64,000 nucleotides of DNA, from positions 32,054,001 to 32,118,000 of the forward strand of contig NC_083238.1 in NCBI RefSeq assembly GCF_032191835.1. The letters are read 5' to 3'. The position numbers were made by a program, and so were the translations under genes. The notes under the pieces were generated by a model, which saw only the letters and a program-made list of their open reading frames with translations, made no database searches and was not told where the DNA came from. Within the stretch, counting starts at the first letter, position 1; each line of letters begins with the position of its first letter. Positions 36,301 to 51,300 of this stretch are shown piece after piece. This DNA is from Heteronotia binoei. Lineage: Eukaryota.

Positions 36301-39300
36301 ATTTCAGCCACCATCTTGGTTGCCAAGGCAATGCCTCAAGATATCAAGCAGTCATTCTTGTTCTGTATCAAAGGAAATCAGCTTCTCACAGTCTCTTCAC
36401 TTCCCTTACTAACTCCCACTTTCTTGGGGGGGGGGGGGGGCTGGAGTCAGTGGCAGAAGGGTAGGATTTCTTCTCCCTCTCTGTACTCTCAGATTTCTAG
36501 CTGCATTACCACTTTGCTGTTCTTTTGCTGTTGATATGCAAGCCATTTAGGGTTTTTCTGCAAAAGAACACAAGTAGCCTGATGACCTGGAAACAGTCAG
36601 TGGGTGGCATCTGATAAGCTACTAGAATTGCAACTTAAAAAAAAATGTTCTCAGGAAATCCACTCAGTGTAGACCCAGATCAGGAAATATATAGATACAG
36701 TTTGATTGCATTGGGAGTTGTGGCTCCGTGAGAGATCATCTGCTCAGCACACAGAAGGTCCTGGGTACAGTCCTTGGCATCTCCACCTAAAAGGACCAGG
36801 TAGGAGATGACCTGAAATACTTTCACCTGAAAAACTAGACAGGCACAGCCAGGCTGAATAGAGAATACTGACCATGACAGACCTTATAAGGTGGCTTCAT
36901 GATACTACATAGAGATTTCTTAACTTACACTCCATCTCTTGTAACCTGCCCTATCTGTCAGGGCCTTCCCATTCTCATAACTCTGTACCATTTGACTATC
37001 AAAACATGAAGCACTGACATTGCTAGGGCTTTTTTTGAGCAGGAATGGAGTTCCGGCTGGCTTGGTGTTAGGGGGTGTGGTCTAATATGCAAACAAGTTC
37101 CTGCTCAGCTTTTTCTACAAAAAAACCCCAACCCTGGGCATTGCCATTTCTATAGATTTGCTTCTGGCTCCAAACCTACTTCAAGATTTTTCAGATATGC
37201 AAAGCTTTTGGTTTAGTACATAAAAGAGATGACAGACACAGACTACTGTGAGCTTAACTAAAAGGAAATATACTCACTTTTGCTGGTATTCTTTGAGCAA
37301 TTTCTTGGCTTTGTTGTATTTTTTCTCCAAAGCATCATATTGTTCCTGGGTATCTTTAAGATGTTCATTTACTGTCTTACATAAACTCTGTGCTTCTAAC
37401 CAATAGGTCTCCAACTTCTTTATTTTTTCTTTGTGCTCTTCCAAAGTTTCCTGGAGCTGAGATTTACTTAATTCCCATTCACTCTTTTCAGCTTCTGTTG
37501 CTTTTAACTTCAAAACGATCAATCATCAGAATATTAGTAGTGTGCGATTATCATTCTTCACACAACTATTTTAATCAATTTAATTTTTCAAAAATACCCA
37601 GCCTCTCATATAATACTGGAAAATGTGATTTTTTTTTAAAAAAAAATCTTGGTTGATCTATTTTCAATAGATAAATCCAAGTGGGTAGCTGTGTTGGTCT
37701 GAAGTAGTTGAACAAAGCAGAAGTCAAACTTGGTTGGTCTTAAAGGTGCAACTTGACTCCTGCTTTGTTCAACTATTTTCAGTAAACAGATACTAATATG
37801 AATGCTATCTAACAGTGCTTTATGCATTCTGAAAAGCACTTCTTCATTAAACCTACTAGAATAGATAGGACTATTCATTTTATATAGAGTTTTCATTTCA
37901 ACGTTCATCTTGGGCCAAACTAAGATTAGCTGCTGTGGTATCATATACCATCAGAGATCACTCTCAACTCCAACTATGAAGGCATATGGAAGACTGCTTT
38001 CAAGTCAGAAGATCCTCACATTCAAGAAAATCTTCCCCTTAGTGGTGAGTCACTTGATCCTGACCCAGAACATTTCAGGGTGGGAAGTAAGCACTTTCAT
38101 ATCTAGAAAGAGAAGCTGTTGATCTCAACCACGAGTTGCAACCTCTGGTTACATACAATTCTCCATCTGTCTGTGTTATAATCAGAAGAAGATGAACAAG
38201 CTCTGGAAGAGAGGGTCAAGTACTAGACACAGCCCAGAGGGTAATATGTTTGTCCTCACCGCACTGTTAAGAGAACTGAAGGGAGTGAAACACAGAAGAC
38301 TTCAGAGATTTGGTACCAAAAAGCTTGCTATTGGTCTCTGTGACATCCCCAGATTCTGGGTCAGAAAATATCAAGACGACTCAAGTGGAGACTGACCTCT
38401 TAGGGAATCTATCCAAGGTGATGAGCTTTTGGAAGACCACCGTACCCTAGGAAATAAGGCCTATGGTGTATTTTCTTTATGACCCTCCAAAACTGAGCCA
38501 ATCAATTGTACTTCAGAAAATACAAAGCAGAGCAACCAGGGAAACAGAATTAACCTGGATCTAACACTGGATGAGGAAATAGTACCAGGTGTTGGGATGG
38601 AGGGAACTCTGGCAATCTGTGCTCTGAACTTCCAAAACTGGTACATATAAAAGTTGGAACAGTCAGTTGTGCTCCTTTTACATTAGTAAAAGGATGGCAT
38701 TTCTCATTCTTTTTAACATTCTTAGCTGCCAAGGAGAATGTGCCCAATGCTTCATGTTCAATGCCTTCAGTTCAGAGCTGAGGTGTTGCTTGGGAGCAGA
38801 GACTGCAGTATCAGGAAGATGTGAGGACAACAGCAGTATCACAGACTTTAGAGACAGACTGGTGTGGTAGATGTCCACAAAGCCATCATGTCCTCTACTG
38901 ACACCATGTATTCCTACACAGCAGTTCCCAAATTGGTGGCACATTCCTTGGAATATACATTCTTTTTAAAGGTAATCTTGTGCAGAAGGGACAGAAAATC
39001 CACAGATAGGAAAATAGGAAAACTAAAGAAGAGAACGTTACTGATGTAACAAACACAAATTTGAGCAGATTTCAGAGGATAATAGAAGACAGGAGGGTGT
39101 GGCATGACTTTGTCCATAGGGTCGCAAAGAGTCGGACTCGACTGCGCGACTGAACAACAGCAAAGAAGAGAAGAAACTTGAAGGACTGTTCACTGATGAT
39201 CAGAATGAAGAGAAAGGTCTAAGTCTGGGATGGCCAAACTGTGGCTCAGGAGCCACATGTGGCTCTTTTACACATATTGTGTGGCTCTTAAAGCCAGCAT

Positions 39301-42300
39301 GGAGAAGGCATTTCTCTCTTTAAATCACTTCTCCAGGCCAAGCCAGACAGTGGGTAGCTATTTGCCTGCCATCCAGCTCTCAAATATCTAATGTTCATAT
39401 CTTGCGGGTCTCAGACACTTATTCTATGCTCCTACATTAAGCAAGTTTGGCCACCGCTGATCTAAGTGATGCAGTGATTGTGTATAAGCTTCTAGGCATG
39501 CAATCTAGCAGTAGACTTGGGAGAAGTGGCACCTGCAACAAAAAGCCATGACATTAGAAGGTTCTGAGTGGCACTCTACTTAGGTGTGAAGTCCACAAGT
39601 GTGCCTGTGCAGAGACTATGAAGGAGCAACTTCTAGATTTAAGAATTCCATTGCCAAAGAAAAAAAAAATAAAGTTCAATAGTATTTTTCCTACATGACC
39701 AATGCTTTATTAAACCACATACATGAATTTTAAAAACCCTTACTTTTGGACCAGTTTCTTCTCCTGCAGCACTCTGATCAGAAAAGCTAAACTGATAACT
39801 ATGCATAAAAGTCCTTTCTAGTCTAGATCTGGTAAATCTAATTCTGTCTTTTTACTACCAGGGAAGCAATACCTCAGTTGTACAAGACCAACATAAAGTA
39901 GGGGATAGCAACTTCCTTTTCTCTTACTCAGTCCAGAGAAAAATTAATGTCACTGCAAGAAGATCCTCTAAGGAATGACAAATGGGAGTGCATCATGCTA
40001 CACATGTGCCTTGCTTTATGGAGGGAGTGTTTTCCTTTCACAAGTAATACATTCCCCTCCATACACAATGGGGCCAGGCATAAAAAACTGCATGTGTCAG
40101 AGCAGAACTTTTTGTGATGTTTCTATTACACAAGAAAATCTTACCTTTTCCTTGAGCTGGTTAACTTCAGCTGTTGTAACTGCATGTTTTAGCTGCAACT
40201 AAACAATGATACAATAATACCTTTGTCAAAGCACGCTTTAAAGATTGCTGTTTTTGTATCACCATGTCTTTATTTAAATCAGTAAATATACTTCTCAATT
40301 TTTTATTCATCTAAATTTGAATTGTCAAAATATAAAGACTTGGATCTAGAACTTGCAGAAGGGATCTTTGTTGCCTCCTCTCTTTTTTCAGCACTCACTG
40401 CACCAATATGCAAACATGAAGTCCAAGTGACTCTGAGAAACAGGAATCACCCATCCCCCAATTCTTGCATGATCAGATTTTTGCTAATATCCCCTTACTC
40501 CCACCAATACATCACATGATTTCTGGAGCTCTCCTAAGGCTCAGAAAACAGATTTTCACAGAGCTCAGAAAGAAGCTGAAGATAGCAAGGATCCCTTCAG
40601 TGAGCTCAAATATCTGTTTTTCCCCAGTAAGCTTCCTGATAAATACAGAGCTCTAAGGAGCCCCCTTCCAACGGGGAGCAATTTGCTGCTTCTAAGGCCC
40701 CCACCCTCATTTACTTCAATGCAACTCAGCAAAATTGTATAAGTAACCTCTGATGTACCTCAGGGAGAAGATAAAAAAAGCAAAACAGGGAGTATTTTTA
40801 TGTGCAAGTAGAAAAACCTGCATTAAACCACATGGCTTTTCAGAAAGCTATCAAAGTTTATTGTCACATCAGTTAATATCCTAATTTGAGACACCATAAG
40901 GAATAAAATGCTACAAGTAACAACAGAAAATAAATTGAAAACCCTGCACTTACATGTAACTACAGCCACATAACTACCTTCTTTGAAGGTTTTTAAACAG
41001 AGGACAAACAGCCATCTGACAGCAATGCTGGTTTTGTGAACTTAGGCAGATCATGAGAGGGAGGGCAGGAAGGGCTGCATCCAGTGTTCCCTCTAAGCTG
41101 AGTTAGTGTGAGCTAGCTCACAGTTTTTGTCTCAAACATTTATGTCTTAGCTCAAGAAAAATGGCCCCAGAGCAAACTAATTTATGCAGAAACTCACAAC
41201 TTTAATGCCAGTAACTCAAACAGAGTTTTTGCTCATAAGACTCCAGCGGGAGTATTAGTTGCATCAGTGCTTAGTTCTTATGGCCCCTTCTTACAATATC
41301 AGAGAAATGCTAATCAATCCTTTTGGGATAGGAAGCCATTTTCTCCAGGCCAGTTTGGCCAGGGATCCTGGAGGCTTTTTGCCACCTTCTGAGCATGGAG
41401 CAAGGGGGTCACTGAGGGTGCGGGCCGGAGGTACTTGTGAATTTCCTGAATTGTGCAAGGGGGTTGAATTAGATGACCCTAGTGGTCCCTTCCAACTCTA
41501 TGATTCTATGAATCTTATGTTTCCTTTCTACTGTAAAGAAATTTGCTGAAAAAAGAAGCAGAAGATTTAGGGAGAATGTCAACTTCTCCTTAAATGTCTC
41601 CTTAAATCTGGAATTATACTCAGCATACCATATAAACCACGCTGACCGCAAGGCATATTCAGGGTTCCCCACTGGACAGACAGATGACAGCATATATTTA
41701 TCATACAACCCAACGTCCATTATACCTCTTTGAACTTCAGTAGAAACTGCGTAGAATCCATGTCCAGAGGAAGACCAATATCTTCATTTTCAGGGAGGTA
41801 AAATACTTCTACAGATTTCCCATGTAGATGTGATTCAAAAGAATCTTCATCATCATCATCATAATCATCCTAAAAAGATATTAACTACTTTATTGAAGCT
41901 AAATATATCATTAAGTAACCAAGACAAAAACAATTACTGTCATAAATAATCAAGGTATCCAAAGTAAAGATTCTAAGCAAATAATGTAGAATATTTGCAA
42001 TATGCCATATTATATTTTAATTGCTACCTGTTCTGCATCATTGGTATACTGCTGCTCCAGCAAGCACCTCTCCTGTTCCAATGTCTCATTAATTAGGCGA
42101 GCTACTTCACTCTGGGTTCCTGGTTTTTCTCTTCCAATAAGAAACCTAAAGAAAACTCACCAGTTAGTTAATAGAAACTAAGAGTCTCTTATACTAACTC
42201 TTCTGGTAGGAAAACATTTTAATTAGCATGGAACTTTTCTTTCTACTTCATTAATTATTTTATAAAGCAATACATACCTGACTGTACCTTTTGTGTTTTT

Positions 42301-45300
42301 TAGTACAGTTGCTGCAAAAAACTGGGTTACTCCTACAAGACTCGTACCATCCACCTCAATGATCTGATCATTTACTTGGATTCTAAAATGCAAAGAAAGA
42401 AATAAAACTTTACATTTAGCACTGTTTTTGATCTGAGGGGAAAAAATGTTCACCAAAAATGATAGCTTATTCAGTCACTATGCCATATGAAGAACTTTCA
42501 ACCTGCTATCAGTCTTGGGGTTGCACAACTCTCCCAACACAATAAAAAAGGGAGAGTGGACAGGAAAACAGCATTGGAGAGAGGGTTGAAGCTTCTTCTC
42601 CATGCATATTGAAACGCCAGTCCAAACTGCAAGCAGAAAGTAGGGCCCATAATTCTAACCTGCCTGTTACACAGATAAGGACTGCAAACTTAGCCTTTTA
42701 CAAACTGTATACTAGGGATGGGCACAAACTGGCTCACGAGCCATAATCCAGCACAAAAGTGTGCCTGTTCGGCGCCCCTAAACCAACATTCGGGAAAGGT
42801 GCCTTCCCCAAACATCTACTGGACTTTTGTCCAGTTTGCCTGTTCAAGAAGATATTGGATTTATATCCCGCCCTCCACTCCGAAGAGTCTCAGAGCGGCT
42901 CACAATCTCCTTTACCTTCCTCCCCCACAACAGTCACCCTGTGAGGTGGGTGGGGCTGGAGAGGGCTCTCACAGCAGCTGCCCTTTCAAGGACAACCTCT
43001 GCCAGAGCTATGGCTGACCCAAGGCCATGCTAGCAGGTGCAAGTGGAGGAGTGGGGAATCAAACACGGTTCTCCCAGGTAAGAGTCCACACACTTAACCA
43101 CTACACCAAACCGGCTCTCCGTTTAAACCTAACAGCTGTGTGGTGTGGGGTCCACAGCTGAGCTGTTAGGTTGAAATGGCTGGCAGCCATTATACCCATC
43201 AGTTTCACTATCCCACTTCAAAGCTGGGGGAAGCAAAATACCCTTACTGTGGGATCCCCCCATTTTCTCCCAGCCACAGCAAGCCGTAGGTCATAAGAAA
43301 GAGGAAACTGAACTCGCCAGGAAGTCCTGAAATGGATTTGCATATCATATGCATGAGGTGTACTTTTTCAAAACTTCTGCCCTCATCCGTACCATCATAC
43401 CCCGGCACTTGCCATTTTTCCTTGCATCACTCAAAGCCTGCTAGCAGGGGAAGTATCTATGTGGATGCTCTGTTGCTAAAGAATACTAGAGGCAAAAGTG
43501 AATCCACAACAGAAAATCATTGTCCTGTGGATACAACAGTTATGTTGTTTGAAATATCTTTAAAAATCTCAACAATGTTACAAGACACCATATCATTATT
43601 CAATCTAGTCTATCAAATTTGCAGATGACAGACTTTTACACAAAAAGTGGCAAAAACCTCCCAAAGGTCTACCAGTCTACAGCTTTACATTGACATTCTT
43701 TGGGCTTCAAAGTTTGGCTGCAATCTTGCGCATAGCAAATCCTTACTTTAATGGGATTTAAGCAGCCTAGTTGTTGCGTGCTGGATTGCAGCCTTAAATA
43801 CCCTGTAATTACAGCCACTTCAATGATCTTAATTCTGCATCCTTGGACATACATGTTTACTAATATTCATAGTTCCATGTAATTCAAATTCCTCATAATT
43901 CTAATACAAGCTTTACTACAATATATCAATGGAGCTGTTCAGATGTACCTCTTCACCTTGAGCCCCCTTGAGCTTTGAGACCAAAAGCAGCTATCAAGTT
44001 CATGAGCCTCCTTTCTCCACTGCTTATCATGCACAGATGAAAATGACTACATGGAGAGATCTTGATTGTGAGTGCTAGCACACTGAGAAGAGTGCAGAAA
44101 GGAGCATGTAAGACTAAAAGCTTTTTCTAATCTCCCAACACAGAGAATTTGGGAGAAGTAGCAACATTTCAACAAGCCCAGTGAATGGACAGCTTAAAAC
44201 ATTGTACTGCCCAATGGAATATTTCACTATATTCTAGGCAATGGTGGTGGTGGTGGTGGTGGTAGAAAGCACCATCAAGTTGCAGCTGACTTATGTGACC
44301 CCCTAAGGGTTTTCAAGGTAAGCAACATACAGAGGTAGTTTGGCCTTGCCTCCCTCCACGCTACAACCCTTGGTGGTCTCCCATTCAAATACCAACCAGG
44401 GCTGACCAGATTTAGCTTCCAGGATCTGATGAGACTGGGCTAGCCTAGGATATCCAGAACTTCTAAGCAATACACTTTGCATATCTGATGTGACTAGTTT
44501 AGAAAACTGAAACTATGTTCTTCTCTTTCAGTGGCATCTCCCGTTACTCTGTCCTTCTAAATCAGAGTCCTACAGGTTCTAACAGTGACTATGGCAGAGT
44601 GGATAAAGACAGTTCAAGAAATATATTAGTTAGAAGACTGAAAACAGTTTAAGTCCATGATGTAATCTGTCACCTTTCTGATTTAAATAAATTCCATAAT
44701 ACAAAAGATTCTCAGCCATGCCCCTTAACAGCATATTAATAGTGTTAGAGTTGGACTATCAGTGAATGGCAAAACTTGATGATGCATAGTCCTCTACAAT
44801 GCATTTTGGTCACCATGCAACTATAAACCCTTCTTCAAGAAAGAGCACGCAAAACCAAACATTTCTACTGAAAACTCACCGACCATCCTTCTGTGCAGCG
44901 CCACCTTCTGTTATTGTTTTCACAAAAATTCCAAGCTTTTCCAGTCCCTGGTCTGCACCAACACCCATTCCAATAATACTGATACCTAAACCACTGTCAC
45001 CTACAATTTACAAAAATAAAAACTACATTTTAAAAACTAGTTCAATAGCTACAGTTAAATCTCTATCACACACATTGGGGAGGGACGGTGGCTCAGTGGT
45101 AGAGCATCTGCTTGGTAAGCAGAAGGTCCCAGATTCAATCCCCAGCATCTCCAACTAAAAAGGGTCCAAGCAAGTAGGCGTGACAAAACCTCAGCTTGAG
45201 ACCCTGGAGAGTCGCTGCCAGTCTGAGTAGACAATACTGACTTTGATGGACCAAGGGTCTGATTCAGTATAAGGCAGCTTCATATGTTCATATGCAAACT

Positions 45301-48300
45301 GTTGAATCATGAACAATAAGGCACTAACAGAGCAATCCTAATTAAGTTCAGTCAGAATTCTACTCAGATCTTTCAATGGAACTTAGTCCCAGAAAAGTTT
45401 TGTTAGACCTGGGACCACCATGAAATATTCAGGAGGCAGTCTTTCTGCTGAGCAGAAAAAGGTCTACATTTCTACACATCAGATTTTTAGAACTCTTTGG
45501 GTGTCCAATTTTTCCATCCCTAATAATTAATCTATTTTTACTACAAGAGTACCTTTTTCAATTTCCACAGGAAAAACTTCCATTTTCTCCACCCGTTTCT
45601 CAAGTTCATATTCTGCTGATGCTGCCACAGGGTCAACTTCTTCATTACGCCTATCATAGTCTTCATTTGAGTAGGTACTGAAAACCTGAATTAAAAAGTA
45701 ATTTTAGAAGTTTTTCACTCAGGTAAGCTGACAAGATCTTAAAATAGATAGTATTTAAATACAGAGTGCACTAATTTTGTATCACCCTGCAAGCAGTATG
45801 CAGTAACATCCATATGAACTCAGCATCAAAAAGGAGCTCAGTTTCTTATTAGCTCAGATTGCACAGCAAATACAATAACCTTTAATTATGTATATATGAA
45901 GGACATATATGTATAATTGATTTTGCCTCCACAACTCATTTTCAAATGGCATGTTACCGGGGGGGGGGGGGAGAGAATAGAATGAACGAAAAATATGAAG
46001 ACAGGAGGTAAGTGGAGTATAATCATAGAGGCAAAAGATGACAGTAGCCATGGAGAGAAAGAAAAAGAGCTGTATAAGAAAACGAATTCCCATTTCCCAA
46101 CCAGTTTTTCTTTAACATACTGGTATTAAGCACATTGTTCAAGCTCACTGCAGGACATTTTGAGAAACATCCCAGCCAAAGCATACTTGAAGTCATATGC
46201 TAAATATTATGTTTTCTACATGGAGAAGCCAAAAATCCACACTGAAGTCATATGCTAAATACTATGTTTTCTATATGGAGAAGCCAAAATCCACACTGAA
46301 AGCAATTCTATTTTTTTCCTTTTTTAAGGAAAGGGGTTTAAAAAGTCTTAGCAGTTCTATATTGAAACTGAAAATTGTTCAGAGTCAAATTGTTTTCCAA
46401 GATCATGAAATACCACCTAGAACTGTATTTAGTAATCATCGCTGTAGATGAACTTCTCAATCTTTATTTTCTATAGACAAATCCCACAGTAAATAGTGTA
46501 TTTGCTATGATACTGGCTAAATACAGTTACACATTATGTTTTGGAGAATCCTTTGTTTAGACTAAAACAAAATTAAATGGGCAACATGCTTCCATGCAGC
46601 TGCCTAGTTCAGAAGGTGAGTCACTCAGTCAAAACAGCAACTATTATACTAGCATAATTGTACTATCTTATAGAAAAATCTTATCTTATAAATGGAAGAG
46701 GAACATAAGAACATAAGAAAGGCCATGTTGGATCAGGACAATGGCCCATCCAGTCCAACACCGTGTCACACAGTGGCCAAAAAACCAACTGCCATCAGGA
46801 GGTTCACCAGTGGGAGCAGGACATTAGAAGCCCTCCCACTGTGCCCCCTAAGCACCAATACAGAGCATCATTGCCCCAGACAGAGTTCCAACAATACGCT
46901 GTGGCTAATAGCCACTGATGGATCTCTGCTCCAGATGTTTATCCAATCCCCTCCTGAAGCTATCTTTTATTTCTTCATACATAGGTGAGCAACCTGAAGA
47001 TCATCCAAACAGTCCAGAATCTTAAGAGGTTATATACACTCACAACTGTAAATTATGTACCAACCACACAAGATATTAATAAGTTACGGACATAATCTGT
47101 CATCTTTCTGATTTAAATAAATTCCATAATACAAGAGACTATCAGCTATGTCCCTTAATGGCATATTAGTGGGAACAGAAGAACCAGTACGGTAGTTCTT
47201 CTGGTTCAGAAGTGTGAGGCTGAGTGACTCACTTTCTGAACTAGGCAGTAACCAGTAAGAAGCAAAAATAATACTGTAAGGCACTTGCAGTGTGCTGTGT
47301 CGCCACTGATGCAATACCCAAAGCACAGTAGCCATAAAATGTAACTGCTTAAAAAGCATTCTCTGAATAAAGGACCTCGCTCTGAAAGTTATACTACTTT
47401 CCACAAAAAGGGGTAGATTTCATGGATTAAATGTACAACAAAAAGGATAGAGTTTCAGCAGCTGAGAACATTGCTGTTTTAGGACTGAGACTGAAGTGAA
47501 GTAGATCCCATGCAGCCTTTAGCAGTCAATGATCCTCTCAGGACTCAGGCACTGAAAGGACCTTTACAGCCAACACTTGGGCTGCCACTGACTAAAAGCT
47601 GTCTCCTATTTCCAAGTTAGATTCTGGACAATGCAAGTAAGCTGTATCTTTCTCCCCCACTGTATCCACAGCCCGAAGGAAAAAAAATCAATCACCCTTA
47701 GCACATAAGCATTAAATTTACCCCTTCAACACTTGAATGAGTTTAAAGCAACACAGTGTTTTAAAGGGTCCTTTCAAGAGCCTTGCTTCCACTGTTTGTT
47801 CGCTTCAAAAGCCCTGCACACACAGCACAGGTATACAAGGCAACATGTACAAAGATGTAAGAATCAAGTGCACTGGCTTGCCCTGCCTGCTCATGTTCAG
47901 CCTAATGTGAGTACAAACTGAATACACAGTGGTGCTGTACCAATTATGAGAAATGCCGGTGTTCCTGATTGCTGCAGCCTGTTTCTGCAATCTGCACATA
48001 TAAAGTTCAGAGCTCAGTCCTGCTCTCCTTCTACATACATTGCTCTGTTTACACACAGTCTTGCATACAGGGGCAGTAAAATGCACAAGCTGCTCAATGT
48101 TCCTAGAATTTTGAACTTTAGCTTTCAATAGACAGTAAAGGTGTTGTGCAATTACACTCAGGTAAATTTTTAGAAATTGGGCACTCAATCTAGAACAAAT
48201 GCTTGTCCAACAATTCAGCCTTCTTAAATATAAAAAAAAAAATATGACTAGGATGAATGTTCAAAGGCAGGGGCAAGTCCAGAGTGCTCAGTCCTGCTTA

Positions 48301-51300
48301 TCCTCTACACACATTGCCCTGCATATACACATGTCTTCCCTACAGGAGAAATAAGATGTACAAGCTGCTCAGTACATATTTTAAAAATATGATTTACCTG
48401 TAACAAATTTTTAGCTCAGCCACATAATTACAACTAAAGAAAGAGAATCTAATAGCAAAGTACAGCCAGCCACCAGTTTTGTTTTTCACTTTTCTTTGGA
48501 GGTTTTTATTTGTTTTCGTTTGGGGTATGACAACATTAATGTGTAGCATGAAGTTTCCAATTTAACGTACAGAAGATCACTATCTCTGGTTTCCCCAAAT
48601 ATAATGGCACCTTTAACATTCCCAGCAGATGAGTACCCATTAAATAGCTAATGTAGTTAATCTGAGCTAGACCTATGCATACACTCTGCAATACCAAAAG
48701 AATGTCAACTCTGCAAAAATATGGATTTATCCTAGTCACTTTAAATAAATTCTGACAAAGTACTGGTAACTACCATCAGTATGCTAACACCAAAACATTT
48801 AAAAAAGCGGAAAAAATGCAGGCACAGCAAAATGATCAGTATAAGCACCTCTTAAGATCCACAACTATTTCAACAACAACGAGCACTCATACTGCATGGC
48901 ATAATATGACATTATGGTCAGGGCCACCAGCCAGCAGCTAGTATTTCGCTTTTTCCTATGTGACCAATTTCTGTTTGATACCTATATGACTCATACAGCA
49001 AAGGACAAAAATAAGTGTGAGACTAGAGGGTCCTCAAATCCATGTATTGCATTTGCCATAACAAAGGTTTGCCATCCCTCCCATACAAGAATATGACAAA
49101 GCTGAATGATCCCTGCTTCTTCTACGCACCCTTCTGCCTCAGCAACACTTGGCAACCAACATGCTCCCTTTTCCACTTTCTAAGCACCTTTCATCACTTC
49201 TTCATATTCAGCGTATGGGTCATCTCTTCCAGTTCAAGGTGACAGAGCAATGCAGGCATTTGCACCACACAATAACAGCAGCAGATCACATACAGAACAC
49301 CAGATGGAGGGGAAGGGAGGGAGAGGATCACCTCAGCAATGCTGGCACTGTAAAGGCAAGGAAGGAAGTCATTGTAGTAGCCACAGAGACGGGCAGAGAG
49401 TGGCGAGGAATGGTAGTAGCAAAATCGGGAAGAGGAAAAGAATCAAGGCCTTTCCACAGCGAGATGCAGTTTAAACAACACCTTTCAGGCAAACACGATA
49501 TGATATGGATAACCCCCCGTTGACCTCGGAGCTGGAGAGGAAGATAAAGATTTTAACTTGGTGATACACTGCTAAGTACACAGAGTCCTGAGTCTGCTCT
49601 CCAGGACAGAGGTGTGGCTTTGTCAAATTTATCTACTAAATCCTCTTCATGAACTCCTGATAAAATTCAAATGATCCCTGCTCAGAAGATTTTCAATCCA
49701 TCATCAAATAAAATCTTCTAATTAATACATATTTCTTGAATGGCCAAAGTTGCTTAACGTCAGAGTCACACAAAATAAATGTCAGATGTTTGAGAACCAC
49801 AAAACATGAACTTCAGATGTTTGAGAGCAGGCAGACAAATAGATGGCAAAGGTGGGAAGAAAGCAACTTTAAATGCATTCTCCAAGCCACCAGCTGGTTT
49901 GGCTTGGCAAAGTGATTTAAAGAGAGAAATGCCTTCTCCAAGCCAGCCAACAGGGCACTGGGGGCTTGGAGAGCCACACAATATGTGTGAAAGAGACACA
50001 TGTGGCTCCAGAGCCACAGTTTGGCCAACCGTCTTAGAATTTATAAAAACTGAAGTGTTCTAAGAAGATCCATACACTTATAAAAGTAAAGCATGTATAG
50101 CTCTGGAACAATGCAGATCTTTAACTGCACTTAACCACAAAGCCACATACTCCTGATAACCGCTCACTGCTGTAAACTGTCATCTTTCCTCCATGTCATC
50201 TTTAACCACAGTTCGGTTATGGCTCTGGTTGGTGAAGATACAAACACTAATCCAACTCTCATAAGAGTCAGGGTTTTATGCAGATTTGCACCACAGGTCA
50301 GGAAGGAAACTGTTTAGCATAACCATAGTTATGCTGATGCTGACTAGGGAGGGAAGTTCATGCCACAGAAATAAGGAGAAAGGAGAAGGGAGCATCTAAG
50401 CATAGAGACAACCATAGTTATGTGATCAAAAACGTTACATCTGAGCTAGGAAAGGAAAGGTCCCCTGTGCAAGCACCAGTCGTTTCCAACTCTGGCGTGA
50501 CGTTGCTTTCACGTTTTCATGGCAGACTTTTTAAGGGGTGGTTTGCCATTGCCTTCCCCAGTCATCTACACTTCCCCCCCAGCAAGTTGGGTACTCATTT
50601 TACCAACCTCGGAAGAATGGAAGGCTGAGTCAACCTCGAGCTGGCTACCTGAAAACCCAGCTTCCGTCGGGGATCGAACTTGGGTTGTGAGCAGAGCTTA
50701 GGACTGCAGTACTGCAGCTTTAACACTCTGCGCCACGGGGCTCTCTATCTGAGCTAGACCTATGCATAAATGCACTGAATATAAAAATTTGCCTAATCCT
50801 GAGATTACCAACAAGGCAAAAGACAAACACTGGTTTTTACTGAGGCAAAATAAGAACAAATGTCAAAGTCATTATGGTAAATAGGTCAACTGAGTATCTT
50901 TAAATGGACAGTGAAACAAAAATCTCACATGATGATGAATTCTCACCATTGATCATCTCAAATTTCCCCATGGGCTACAAATGAGGTTTTGAAACTCTGA
51001 AAACCTAACAACTGGCTTCAGTCTGAAATTGTTCACTGTATATGTCATAAGCTTCAAATGTTTTAACTAAGGCCAAGTTGACATTAAATGATTATTTTGC
51101 AAAAAGAATGTACACAATTCTGAATTGTGTTTTCAAAAAAACACAAATGTGTTTTTGTCCTCATATAATTTTTAGACTACCCTTTTGAAACTTTAGTGTT
51201 TGAACAGTGGACCTTTTTTAATCAAGCCTATATAAATTTTCTTTATAATAATAAGTATAGTAATGTAGTTAGCCTAACAAACTCAGTTATGGGCCTCTAC

